DNA from: Burkholderiales bacterium
Lineage (GTDB): Bacteria; Pseudomonadota; Gammaproteobacteria; Burkholderiales; SG8-39
Direction: 5' to 3'
Assembly (NCBI GenBank): GCA_035519135.1
Contig: DATIWX010000125.1
Span: forward strand, 2,576-66,575
DNA length: 64,000 nt
Within the stretch, counting starts at the first letter, position 1, and every line of letters starts with the position of its first letter. Below are positions 54,026 to 62,710 of the stretch, in pieces. The translations under genes were made by a program, and so were the position numbers. The notes under the pieces were generated by a model. The model was not told the origin of the DNA, made no database searches, and was given only the letters and a program-made list of their open reading frames with translations.

Positions 54026-57000
54026 TCAGTGAAAATCCCGCGACTCGACTTTCAGCGATCCGATCAGCTCGCTGTGATCGCTCAGCCGCTTCGCGACGAG
54101 ATGCATCACCTCGCCTTCGCGTTCCAGCGTTCCCTCGACGCCCATCAGTTGCGAGCCTAGCAGCTCGCGCCGCTGGGCCTCGACCAAGCGTGGCCAGACG
54201 ATGACGTTGACGGTGCCGGTCTCGTCTTCGAGCGTGACGAACACCGTTCCCGAGGCGGTTCCGGGACGCTGGCGGCCGGTGACGATGCCTGCAGCCCGGG
54301 CCGCGCTGCCGGCGGGAAGCAGCCGGATTTCCTCCGCGGAAGAGAAACGCATGCGCGCCAGGCGCGGACGCAGCAGCGCGAGCGGATGGCGTCCGAGCGT
54401 CAGGCCGGTGCTCGCGTAGTCGGCGACCAGGGTTTCCCCTTCCCCGGGAGACGCAAGAACCGGCTGCCTTTCTGCAACCGGCGCGCCGCTCAGGACGTGC
54501 CGGCCGGTGACGATGCCGGCGACCGACCAGTGCGCCTGGCGGCGGTGCCCGGTGAGCGGTTCGAGCGCGCCGGCGTCGGCCAGGCACTTCAGATCGCGCC
54601 GGTCGAGCGAAGCGCGATCCGCCAGGTCGTCAAGCGATTGCAGCGGCCGCTCCGCGCGTGCCGCGACAAGGCGCTTCGCCGCGGTCTCGGCAAGACCCCG
54701 CACCATGAGGAAACCCAGGCGCACCGCCGCCTGGGGGGGGGAAAGAGGCTCCAGCGCGCACTCCCATTCGCTTGCCGTGACGTCCACCGGCCGCACTTCG
54801 ACCCCGTGGCGGCGCGCATCCTGCACCAGCTGCGAGGGGGTGTAGAAGCCCATCGGCTGGCTGTTGAGGAGCGCCGCGAGGAACGCCGCCGGCTCATGGC
54901 ACTTGAGCCAGGCGGAAACGTAGGCGAGCAGAGCGAAGCTCACCGAGTGCGATTCGGGGAAGCCGTACTCGCCGAAGCCGAGGATCTGGCGATAGATACG
55001 GTCGGCGAACTCTGCGGGAATGCCGTTCCTGCGCATGCCATCGACGAGTTTTCTCTGGAAAGGCTCGAGCCCGCCTTTGCGGCGCCAGGCTGCCATGGCG
55101 CGGCGCAGCTGGTCGGCTTCGCCGGGAGTGAAATCCGCGGCGACCACGGCGAGCTGCATCACCTGCTCCTGGAAGATGGGCACGCCGAGCGTGCGCTCGA
55201 GCACTTTTTTCACCGCTTCGTTCGGATAGTCGACCGGCTCTTTTTTCTCGCGCCGCCGCAGATAGGGGTGGACCATGTCTCCCTGGATCGGCCCGGGCCG
55301 CACGATCGCGATCTCGATCACCAGGTCGTAGAAATGCTCGGGCTTCAGCCGCGGCAGCATCGACATCTGCGCGCGCGATTCGATCTGGAACACCCCGATG
55401 GTGTCGGCGTGGCGGATCATCTCGTAGACCGCGGGGTCTTCCTCCAAGAGCAGCGCGTCCATGGTGATATTGTCCCCGCGCCGCGAGTTGACGAAGTCGA
55501 GCGCGCGCCGGATGGCCGACAGCATCCCGAGCGCGAGCACGTCCACTTTGAGCAAGCCCAGGCTCTCCAGGTCGTCCTTGTCCCACTGGATGACGCTGCG
55601 CTCCGGCATGGCGGCGTTCTCGATCGGCACCAGTTGCGCAAGGGCTCCCCGCGAAATGACGAAGCCGCCGACGTGCTGCGACAGGTGGCGCGGGAAGCCG
55701 AGGAGCGCGCAAGCGAGCGCCATCAGGCGCCGCATCACCGGGCTCGCGGGATCGAAGCCGGCATCGCGCAGACGCCCGGCGAGGTCCTTACGGTCGTCCC
55801 ACCAGGCGATCGATTTGGCGATGGCATCCACCTGCCGGGCATCGAGATCGAGCGCCTTGCCCGCGTCGCGCAGCGCGCTCTTGGGCCGGTAGGTGATCAG
55901 CGTGGCCGCCAGCGCAGCGCGCTCGCGCCCGTATTTGCCGTAGATGTACTGGATGACCTCCTCGCGCCGCTGGTGCTCGAAATCGACGTCGATGTCGGGG
56001 GGCTCGTTGCGTTCCTTCGAGATGAAGCGCTCGAACAGGAGCTCCTGCTTCGCCGGGTTGACCTCGGTGATGCCGAGGGCGTAGCAGACCGCGGAATTGG
56101 CCGCCGAGCCGCGTCCCTGGCACAGGATGCCACGGCGGCGCGCGAACGCGACCACGTCGTGCACGGTGAGAAAGAAGGGCTCGTAGCGCAGCTCGGCGAT
56201 CAGCGCGAGCTCGCGCTCGACCAGATCCCGTATTTTCCGCGTGGCTCCTTCCGGAAAGCGCTGCTGCAATCCCTTTTCGGTGAGCTTGCGCAGCCAGCTC
56301 GCCGGAGTCTCGCCATCGGGAACCAGCTCCTCGGGATACTCGTAGCGCAGCTCCTCCAGCGAGAAGGAGCAGCGCTCGGCGACCCTCACGGCCTCGGCCA
56401 GGAGCTCCGGAGGATAGATCTGCGCAAGGCGCATGCGCAGCCGCAGATGCCGCTCGGCATTGGGGTGGAGCGCGCGGCCGCAGGCCCGCACCGGCGTGCG
56501 CAGCCGGATCGCGGTCAGCGTGTCCTGCAGCACCCTGCGCGAGCGCAAATGCATGTGCACGTCCCCCGCGGCGACCAGCGGCAGGCCCGAGCGAGCGCCC
56601 AGCTCGCGCAAGGTCGCGAGGCGCGAGCGGTCGTCCGGCCCGCACAGCAGCTCCGCGGCGATCCAGGCGCGGCCGGCGAAAAGCTCCGCGACGAGCTCTG
56701 CATGCACGGCGTCGTGCTTTCCGTCCGGCAGCAGCAGCGCGAGGCACCCGGGCAGGCCGCCGGCGATATCTTCCAGTCCGAGCGAATAGCCGCCCTTCCT
56801 GCTCCTGCGCCGCCCCAGAGTGATGAGCTCCGAGAGATGGCCGTAACCACTGCGATCGGTCGCAAGCAGCACCAGCTTCGGTCCGTCCTTCAACCGTACT
56901 TCGGAGCCGATGACGAGATGCAAACCGGCATCCTTTGCCGCGACGTGCGCACGCACGACGCCCGCGAGCGAACACTCGTCGGTCAACGCAAGGGCCGAGT

Positions 57001-57112
57001 AGCCGAGCGCCGCGGCGCGCTGCACCAGCTCCTCGGGATGCGAAGCGCCGCGGAGAAAAGTGAAATTGCTGAGGCAATGCAGTTCGGCGTAAGCGGGAAG
57101 AGGCGAGAGCAT
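54026..57112 (-). CDS. dnaE2: Error-prone DNA polymerase III alpha-like subunit DnaE2 (ImuC)
   Basis: 1028 aa from the ATG at 57112. It has the PHP N-terminus 'YAELHCLSNFTFLRGAS' and is the last gene of the imuA-imuB cassette. Confidence 0.92.
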   Translation of the reverse strand: MLSPLPAYAELHCLSNFTFLRGASHPEELVQRAAALGYSALALTDECSLAGVVRAHVAAKDAGLHLVIGSEVRLKDGPKLVLLATDRSGYGHLSELITLGRRRSRKGGYSLGLEDIAGGLPGCLALLLPDGKHDAVHAELVAELFAGRAWIAAELLCGPDDRSRLATLRELGARSGLPLVAAGDVHMHLRSRRVLQDTLTAIRLRTPVRACGRALHPNAERHLRLRMRLAQIYPPELLAEAVRVAERCSFSLEELRYEYPEELVPDGETPASWLRKLTEKGLQQRFPEGATRKIRDLVERELALIAELRYEPFFLTVHDVVAFARRRGILCQGRGSAANSAVCYALGITEVNPAKQELLFERFISKERNEPPDIDVDFEHQRREEVIQYIYGKYGRERAALAATLITYRPKSALRDAGKALDLDARQVDAIAKSIAWWDDRKDLAGRLRDAGFDPASPVMRRLMALACALLGFPRHLSQHVGGFVISRGALAQLVPIENAAMPERSVIQWDKDDLESLGLLKVDVLALGMLSAIRRALDFVNSRRGDNITMDALLLEEDPAVYEMIRHADTIGVFQIESRAQMSMLPRLKPEHFYDLVIEIAIVRPGPIQGDMVHPYLRRREKKEPVDYPNEAVKKVLERTLGVPIFQEQVMQLAVVAADFTPGEADQLRRAMAAWRRKGGLEPFQRKLVDGMRRNGIPAEFADRIYRQILGFGEYGFPESHSVSFALLAYVSAWLKCHEPAAFLAALLNSQPMGFYTPSQLVQDARRHGVEVRPVDVTASEWECALEPLSPPQAAVRLGFLMVRGLAETAAKRLVAARAERPLQSLDDLADRASLDRRDLKCLADAGALEPLTGHRRQAHWSVAGIVTGRHVLSGAPVAERQPVLASPGEGETLVADYASTGLTLGRHPLALLRPRLARMRFSSAEEIRLLPAGSAARAAGIVTGRQRPGTASGTVFVTLEDETGTVNVIVWPRLVEAQRRELLGSQLMGVEGTLEREGEVMHLVAKRLSDHSELIGSLKVESRDFH

Positions 57113-57128
57113 GGGCGCCAACCGCGAC

Positions 57129-58547
57129 TCAAGCGAACAAACCGTGCAGGTACCAGCCGCCCCCGCCGCGCTCCCGGTAGATCCATACCAGGGCCTCGTT
57201 CTGCATGCGCGCGATGAAATAGTCGCGGGCGACGTCGTCCCCGTCCCACCACCCGGATTCGATGCGCTCCGGGCCGGCGAGCAGCTCGAGCGGTCCTTCG
57301 TGATGCGGCCTGGCGCCGATTTCCGCGAGCGGCTTGGGGCTGTGAAGCAGCCACAGGGGGCGCTCGCCGAATTCCAGTTGCGCCTGTTCGGCATCGGGAT
57401 CGGCGGTCGCGCTGGCCAGCTCCGGGCGATGCTCGGACCGGACGGCGACCCCGCGCACCGCTTCGCTGCCGAGCCGCGCGCGCAGGCGCTCGACCAGGCG
57501 CTCCCAATCGCCCCGGGGCTTGCCCTGCTCGAGCAGCAGCCCGAGGTTGCGTCCGGCGAGCGGCACTATCTCGTCGACCTCCAGCGCGATCTCGCGCACC
57601 GGCTGCCCGAGCGCGAGGCCGGCAAACCGCTCGCGCGCGAGCAGCGTGAAGTGCCCGGCGTCGCGCGAAGGCGCCACCAGGCCGATCGCGACCTGGGTGG
57701 CGGCGTTATCGCGATGCCTGAGCCGGAAGACGAAGCGTGGCGCGCCGCCCGAGCGCGCGGCGAGAAATCCGGTGAGCTGGACGATCAGCCGTTTCGCGGC
57801 GAACAACAGGGCCTCGGCCTGGACGATTTCCGCCGGTAGCTCGATCGCCGCCCTGAACCGCGCCGGCGGAACGAAGAAATTCCGCGGATCGGGGAGCCGC
57901 CCGAGCGCGCGGTCGAGATCGCCGAGCAGCCCCTGTCCGAAACGCCGCGCCACGCCTTCGCGCGGCAGCGCGAGCAGCTCGCCGAGCGTGCGCACGCCGA
58001 TCGCTTCGAGCGCCTCCAGCGTTTCGCCGTCGCGGCGCAGGACCGCAACGGGCAGCACGGCCAGGGCCGTTTCGAGCTCGGCGGCGGAATCGACGAACCG
58101 GCTCTTTCCGGCGAGGGCCAGCCAGAACGCCCCGCGCGGCGTGGGTGCGCCCGCAAGCTCCGCGCTCCAGCCCATCTCCGTCAGCTCCCGGTGCAGGCGC
58201 TCGCGAAGCGGCGCCAGCCCGCCGAAGAGCTTGAGGCTGCCCGCCGCATCGAGCAGCACCGTGTCTGGGAATTCGAGCGCAACGCCGGGGGTGAATTGCG
58301 CCGCCCACCCGGCCACCCCGAGCAGTGCTTCGGTTTCCGCAGCAGTATCGCGCCGAACGACGCGCAACCGCGGCGCGAGGGCGAGTGCCGCCGCAACGGC
58401 CATGCCGGCACGAACGCCGCGCGTCAGGGCCTTGCGGTCGCAGGCGAAAACGCGGTGCCGCTCTTCGAGCGCAAAAGGCTCAGGCGTGGACGAGCCGCGC
58501 AGGAAAATCTCGAGCGGCAGCTGCGGCAGTCGGATAGCGATCCACAT
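57129..58547 (-). CDS. imuB: Y-family-polymerase-like protein ImuB
   Basis: 472 aa from the ATG at 58547. It has the conserved N-terminus 'MWIAIRLPQLPLE' and sits between imuA and dnaE2. Confidence 0.88.
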   Translation of the reverse strand: MWIAIRLPQLPLEIFLRGSSTPEPFALEERHRVFACDRKALTRGVRAGMAVAAALALAPRLRVVRRDTAAETEALLGVAGWAAQFTPGVALEFPDTVLLDAAGSLKLFGGLAPLRERLHRELTEMGWSAELAGAPTPRGAFWLALAGKSRFVDSAAELETALAVLPVAVLRRDGETLEALEAIGVRTLGELLALPREGVARRFGQGLLGDLDRALGRLPDPRNFFVPPARFRAAIELPAEIVQAEALLFAAKRLIVQLTGFLAARSGGAPRFVFRLRHRDNAATQVAIGLVAPSRDAGHFTLLARERFAGLALGQPVREIALEVDEIVPLAGRNLGLLLEQGKPRGDWERLVERLRARLGSEAVRGVAVRSEHRPELASATADPDAEQAQLEFGERPLWLLHSPKPLAEIGARPHHEGPLELLAGPERIESGWWDGDDVARDYFIARMQNEALVWIYRERGGGGWYLHGLFA

Positions 58548-59196
58548 GAGAGTTCTTGCCGCGCCCGGCAGGCGGCATCGCCAGAAGCAGGATGGGGCGG
58601 GTGAGGGGAGTGCCGCGGCGCTTGAACACGTGCGCTGCAAGGCCCCCGCATGCCGTGCCGAGCGCGATACGCAACGCCGCGGGGGAGGATTCACCGGCGG
58701 TGTCCGGAGACCTGAACAGGAAGGCGGGAGCCCGCCCGCCTTCGGCGGCGATCTGCAGGCGCCTCAGCTCCGCGTACTTTGCTCCTTGGAGCCAAGCGAG
58801 TACTGCGCCACAGGCGTTCGAGGCGAGCGCCTGCTCGGCCGCCCAGAGCGTTTCCTTGAGCGAGACAGTGCGTACGATGACAAGCTTGGTGATGTCGATC
58901 CCCGCCGCGGCGAGCGCCGGAGCGTAGGGCAGGTAAGGCGGGGCGACCCAGGCGAGCCGCAATCCGCGGCGGGACAGCCCGGCGAGCGCGGGCCCGAGCA
59001 GACGCAGCTCGCCGATGCCTTCGTGCGCGGGCAGGATCTCGGTCAGCGCCCCGGCAGGCCAGCCGCCGCCCGGAAGCCCGGTATCAAGCTCGGGAAATCC
59101 GCTGGAAACGACGTGCGCGCCAGCCCGGTTCAGGCTGTCGCCGCGCCAGATGTCGTGGCGGTCGAGCAGGGCGGAGAAAGAGAAAGACATGCCCAC
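58480..59196 (-). CDS. imuA: ImuA (SulA/RecA-like SOS mutagenesis protein)
   Basis: About 236-238 aa (GTG at 59196 or ATG at 59190). 'SSGFPELDTGLPGGGWPAGALTEIL' is typical of ImuA. Its 3' end overlaps imuB by 68 nt. Confidence 0.8.
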   Translation of the reverse strand: MGMSFSFSALLDRHDIWRGDSLNRAGAHVVSSGFPELDTGLPGGGWPAGALTEILPAHEGIGELRLLGPALAGLSRRGLRLAWVAPPYLPYAPALAAAGIDITKLVIVRTVSLKETLWAAEQALASNACGAVLAWLQGAKYAELRRLQIAAEGGRAPAFLFRSPDTAGESSPAALRIALGTACGGLAAHVFKRRGTPLTRPILLLAMPPAGRGKNSHVDRYPTAAAAARDFPARLVHA

Positions 59197-59235
59197 CGAT
59201 GACCGCGGTTCGTGGAAAAAACGGCAGGACGAGCG

Positions 59236-59835
59236 TCAAAGAGGCCTGCGGATGACGCCGACGCCCAGGCCTTCGATGACGAAATCGTCCTCGCGCGGAT
59301 CGACGACGATGGTCTTGAACTCGGGATTCTCCGCGAGCAGCTCCACGACGTTGCCGCGGCGGCGCAGGCGTTTCACCGTGACCTCGTCGTGCAGCCGCGC
59401 CACCACGATCTGGCCGGTCCGTGCCTCGCGTGTGCGGTGCACGGCGAGCAAGTCGCCATCGAAGATGCCGGCATCGCGCATGCTCATGCCGCGGACCTTC
59501 AGCAGGTAGTCGGCGCGCGGCTGGAACAAGGCCGGGTCGACCTGGCAGCGCCGCTCGATGTGCTCCTCGGCGAGGATAGGGCTGCCCGCGGCGACGCGGC
59601 CGATCAGTGGCAGGCCCAGGCCCTCGGTGAGGCGGATGCCGCGCGAGGCGCCCGGGGTCAGCTCGATCGCGCCTTTCCTTTCCAGCGTCCGCAAATGCTC
59701 TTCGGCAGCGTTGGCCGAGCTGTAATTGAACGCCTTCGAGATCTCGACCCGGGTAGGCGGAAAGCCGGTCTTCTCGATGGCTTTGCGGACGAAGTTGAGA
59801 ATTTTCTGCTGCTTGGGAGTGAGCTCGTCGTTCAT
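59236..59835 (-). CDS. lexA: LexA SOS repressor
   Basis: 199 aa from the ATG at 59835. It has an N-terminal winged helix-turn-helix, the cleavage site 'VAAG', catalytic Ser 'GMSMRDAGI' and Lys 'VTVKRL'. Confidence 0.92.
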   Translation of the reverse strand: MNDELTPKQQKILNFVRKAIEKTGFPPTRVEISKAFNYSSANAAEEHLRTLERKGAIELTPGASRGIRLTEGLGLPLIGRVAAGSPILAEEHIERRCQVDPALFQPRADYLLKVRGMSMRDAGIFDGDLLAVHRTREARTGQIVVARLHDEVTVKRLRRRGNVVELLAENPEFKTIVVDPREDDFVIEGLGVGVIRRPL

Positions 59836-59848
59836 AGGGTCTCCATAT

Positions 59849-59864
59849 CTGTATTTATATACAG
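59849..59864. promoter_or_regulatory. LexA operator (SOS box) CTGT-N8-ACAG
   Basis: CTGTATTTATATACAG is a perfect palindromic consensus arm pair. It lies 14 nt upstream of the lexA ATG and overlaps the predicted -10 element. Confidence 0.85.
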
Positions 59865-59882
59865 TCTCTGTCCGCTTGGCAA
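59854..59882 (-). promoter_or_regulatory. Candidate lexA operon promoter
   Basis: The minus strand reads TTGCCA (59882-59877), a 17-nt spacer, then TATAAA (59859-59854). A GGAG SD site lies 6 nt before the ATG. Confidence 0.6.
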
Positions 59883-59921
59883 GGGGCGTATAATTCCGCC
59901 CGACACACGGACTTCCGCCCA

Positions 59922-60113
59922 ATGGCGAAACCCTACGAATCCGACATCACTCGAATGATCCGGGATCTGCTTCGGGACAAGCCGCACATCGTCCAGGAGC
60001 AGAAAAAGGGGCGGGCACTGTGGTGGGATCGGAAGCTCGACCCCGAAGATCAGAAGCGCAACCGGGAATCGAGCGTCAAACAGCAGGCCTACGTCTATCA
60101 GAACAAGGTCTGA
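59922..60113 (+). CDS. Small conserved protein, DUF3460-like
   Basis: 63 aa, divergent from lexA, with TATAAT at 59889-59894 upstream. '[16 protein letters not shown]...QQAYVYQ' matches my memory of the betaproteobacterial DUF3460 family. Confidence 0.6.
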   Translation: MAKPYESDITRMIRDLLRDKPHIVQEQKKGRALWWDRKLDPEDQKRNRESSVKQQAYVYQNKV

Positions 60114-60213
60114 CTCCTTCCTCGTCGCGATCTTTGCGGCCTGTATTGCGCTTTGCGAGGGCTGCACTCCAGCCCCCGGTTCCGCTTTCAGCCTGGAACC
60201 CGCTCCACCTCTG

Positions 60214-60807
60214 ATGGACCCGCTGTGGGCGTCGGCCATCCCCGGGCGCGGCGACACCTATGAAGAGCGGCAGATCATCGCCGAGCTCTCCAAGAAGCAG
60301 GATTGGACCGCCATGGTGCAGTTCGCCGAAGCTCAGCAGAAGCGCGACCCCGAAGGCTCCGATTGGAGCGTACTCGCCGGTTACGGGTGGCTGCGCCGCG
60401 GCGAATATCCGAGGGCGGTCGCGGCATTCGCGTGGGTCGTTCAACGCAATCCGGAGGACATCGGCGCCTGGAACCTGCTTGGGGAGGGTCAACGCCGGTC
60501 CGGGCAACCGGGCCAGGCGATCCGGACCCTGGAACGCGCCAGCGCGGTCGGCAGAACTTCCTTCGCGACATACTTCTTTCTCGGTGAAGCCTACCGGGAT
60601 TCGAGGCGGCTCGACCGGGCGATTCCTGCCTACCGGGAGGCCGCGCGGCTGGAGCCGGGATTTGCGCAAGCCTGGTTCGAACTGGGTTCAGCCTATGCGC
60701 GGATGGGGCAGCGCGAAGAAGTCGGCATGGTGATGGAGCGACTGGAGAAGCTCGATCCGGGGCTGAACAAGGAGCTCAAGAAGCAGCTGGAAGCCAAGGC
60801 CAAGTGA
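60214..60807 (+). CDS. Tetratricopeptide-repeat (TPR) protein
   Basis: 197 aa with several 34-residue TPR-like repeats ('AWNLLGEGQRRSGQPGQAIRTLERA', 'AWFELGSAYARMGQREE'). The true start may lie upstream; see findings. Confidence 0.75.
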   Translation: MDPLWASAIPGRGDTYEERQIIAELSKKQDWTAMVQFAEAQQKRDPEGSDWSVLAGYGWLRRGEYPRAVAAFAWVVQRNPEDIGAWNLLGEGQRRSGQPGQAIRTLERASAVGRTSFATYFFLGEAYRDSRRLDRAIPAYREAARLEPGFAQAWFELGSAYARMGQREEVGMVMERLEKLDPGLNKELKKQLEAKAK

Positions 60808-60926
60808 TTTGGGCCTGGTGGAGTATTATTGCATATGTGTATTATGTTAAATAGATATGAGGCTGAAGTTCATGCATATATCCCCTTATTTTCTAGCTTA
60901 TTATATGTAACTCCTCAGGCAATACA

Positions 60927-61715
60927 TCAACTTCCTCCTCTCACAAAAAGCCCGAAGAAATTCCTGGTGGTAGCCTCGGCAAGTGCTTCGAGCGAAATGC
61001 CCCGGAGGCGAGCGACCTCTTCGGCCACGTAGCGCACGAGGCCAGGGCGGTTGGTCTTGCCCCGGTGCGGCACCGGAGCAAGGTAGGGCGAATCGGTTTC
61101 GACGAGCAGCCGTTCCAAGGGCACCGTCCGGGCAACGTCCTTCAGAAGCCCGGCGTTCTTGAAAGTCACGATGCCGGAGAAGGAGATGTGGAAGCCTTGG
61201 GCAAGGGCCGCTTCGGCCACTTCCCTGGTCTCCGTGAAGCAGTGCATCACCCCCCCGACCTTCCCCGCCCCCTCCTCGCGCATGATCCGCAGCGTGTCCT
61301 CGGCGGCATCGCGCGTATGGATGACCAAGGGCTTGCCGCATTCGCGGGCGGCCCGGATGTGGGCGCGAAAGCGCTCCCGCTGCCACTCCAGATCGCCCGA
61401 TAGCCGGTGGTAGTCCAGCCCAGTTTCACCGATCGCGACCACACGCGGGTGCCGCGCGAGCTCCACGAGGCGCTGCGTGGCAACCGGCTCGGCCTGGTGA
61501 TCCGGATGAACGCCGACGCTCGCGAAGAAGTTGTCGTGGCTTTCTGCGAGGGCGAGCACCTTGGGGAAGCCCGCGAGCTCGACGCTGATGCAGAGCGCAT
61601 GGGTCACCCCATTGATCCGCATCTCTTCGCGCAATTCCTCCAGCTTCCCTTCGAATTCCGGAAAATCCAGATGGCAATGCGAGTCCACCAGTCCGGGGAA
61701 AGAAGCGGGCATCAT
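60927..61715 (-). CDS. TatD-family metal-dependent DNase/hydrolase (YcfH-like)
   Basis: 262 aa. Motifs include 'LVDSHCHLDF', 'AIGETGLDY' and 'ETDSPYLAP'. Confidence 0.9.
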   Translation of the reverse strand: MMPASFPGLVDSHCHLDFPEFEGKLEELREEMRINGVTHALCISVELAGFPKVLALAESHDNFFASVGVHPDHQAEPVATQRLVELARHPRVVAIGETGLDYHRLSGDLEWQRERFRAHIRAARECGKPLVIHTRDAAEDTLRIMREEGAGKVGGVMHCFTETREVAEAALAQGFHISFSGIVTFKNAGLLKDVARTVPLERLLVETDSPYLAPVPHRGKTNRPGLVRYVAEEVARLRGISLEALAEATTRNFFGLFVRGGS

Positions 61716-62710
61716 GGTTGCGCGACCAGACGCCGGTATTGAAGTAGGAGATCCTCGACAAACAGCTTGGCGTTGAGCGGGTGCCGGGCAAGGGCGCGAG
61801 CCTGCGCTAGGCGTCGAAGATAGGCCGCGATGCTCGCCGCTTCGCAGCGCAGAGCGATCTCGGCGATCGGCTTTTCATGCCCCAGGTGATATCTGACCCG
61901 GCCAGTCGCCCGTGACAACTGCAGGTCGAAGGCCCAGCGCTGCAGCCACCCGACAAGATCCGGGAGTGGCACGCGCTGGACCGATTCGGCGAGCGCGATC
62001 GGATCGAAGCCAGGGCGCCGGATTCCTTCGATGAAAGCATGCCGGTCGGTTTCGGCCGCCGCTCCCTTCAATGCGGCGAGAGGTGCTCCGCCGACCGCCG
62101 CGAGGGCCGCGTCCGGCCGCTCGATACCCTGCTCCTTCAGCCAGCGAAGCACTCCAGCTGTATCCGGAAGGGGAAGCGCAAGTCTCATGCAGCGGCTGCG
62201 CACGGTGGGAAGCAGCCGGTCGGGTTGCGTGGTGACCAGGAGGAAGACGGTGGCTGGCGGCGGTTCCTCGAGGCTCTTGAGCAGGGCGTTCTGGGTATTG
62301 GCGTTCATCGCTTCGGCCGGGTAGACCAGGACAACGCGAAGGCCCGCCCGGTGCGTGCCTACCCCGAGAAAGCCGGCCAGCTCGCGAATCTGCTCGATGC
62401 GGATCTGATCGCTGCGCTTCTTTCCCGGCTCCGCAGCCTCCTCCGGCTCCGGCGACAGACTCTCCGGAACCACCAGCCGGAAATCGGGGTGGTTGCCCAG
62501 CGCAAACCAGGTGCAGGCCCGGCACATGCCGCAGGCGCGCCTGTTCGCCCCGGCTTTTTCGCAAAGCAGCGATTGGCCGACAGCCTGCCCGAATTCGAGC
62601 TCGCCCCAGCCTTCCCCACTTTGGATGAGGATCGCGTGGGGAAGCCGTTCGCGCAGTTTGTCCCATGCCAACCAGGCCACTTCTTGCCACATAAAAGTAC
62701 TGTTTATCAT
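61712..62710 (-). CDS. holB: DNA polymerase III subunit delta-prime
   Basis: 332 aa. It has an AAA+-like N-terminus 'LPHAILIQSGEGWGE', the zinc module 'CGMCRAC' and 'VVLVYPAEAMN'. It overlaps both tmk and tatD by 4 nt. Confidence 0.88.
   Translation of the reverse strand: MINSTFMWQEVAWLAWDKLRERLPHAILIQSGEGWGELEFGQAVGQSLLCEKAGANRRACGMCRACTWFALGNHPDFRLVVPESLSPEPEEAAEPGKKRSDQIRIEQIRELAGFLGVGTHRAGLRVVLVYPAEAMNANTQNALLKSLEEPPPATVFLLVTTQPDRLLPTVRSRCMRLALPLPDTAGVLRWLKEQGIERPDAALAAVGGAPLAALKGAAAETDRHAFIEGIRRPGFDPIALAESVQRVPLPDLVGWLQRWAFDLQLSRATGRVRYHLGHEKPIAEIALRCEAASIAAYLRRLAQARALARHPLNAKLFVEDLLLQYRRLVAQP

Noticed and set aside
58480-58547. The 68-nt overlap of imuA and imuB as a possible frameshift or pseudogene signal.
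   Set aside because: Both reading frames are intact. ImuB starts with its conserved 'MWIAIRLPQLPLE' N-terminus and ImuA has no earlier stop, so a genuine overlap is the simplest reading.
60829-61032. 67-codon TTG-initiated ORF starting in the AT-rich islet.
   Set aside because: Two thirds of it runs antisense through the tatD 3' end. It has no SD site and atypical composition. The islet is kept only as a compositional anomaly.
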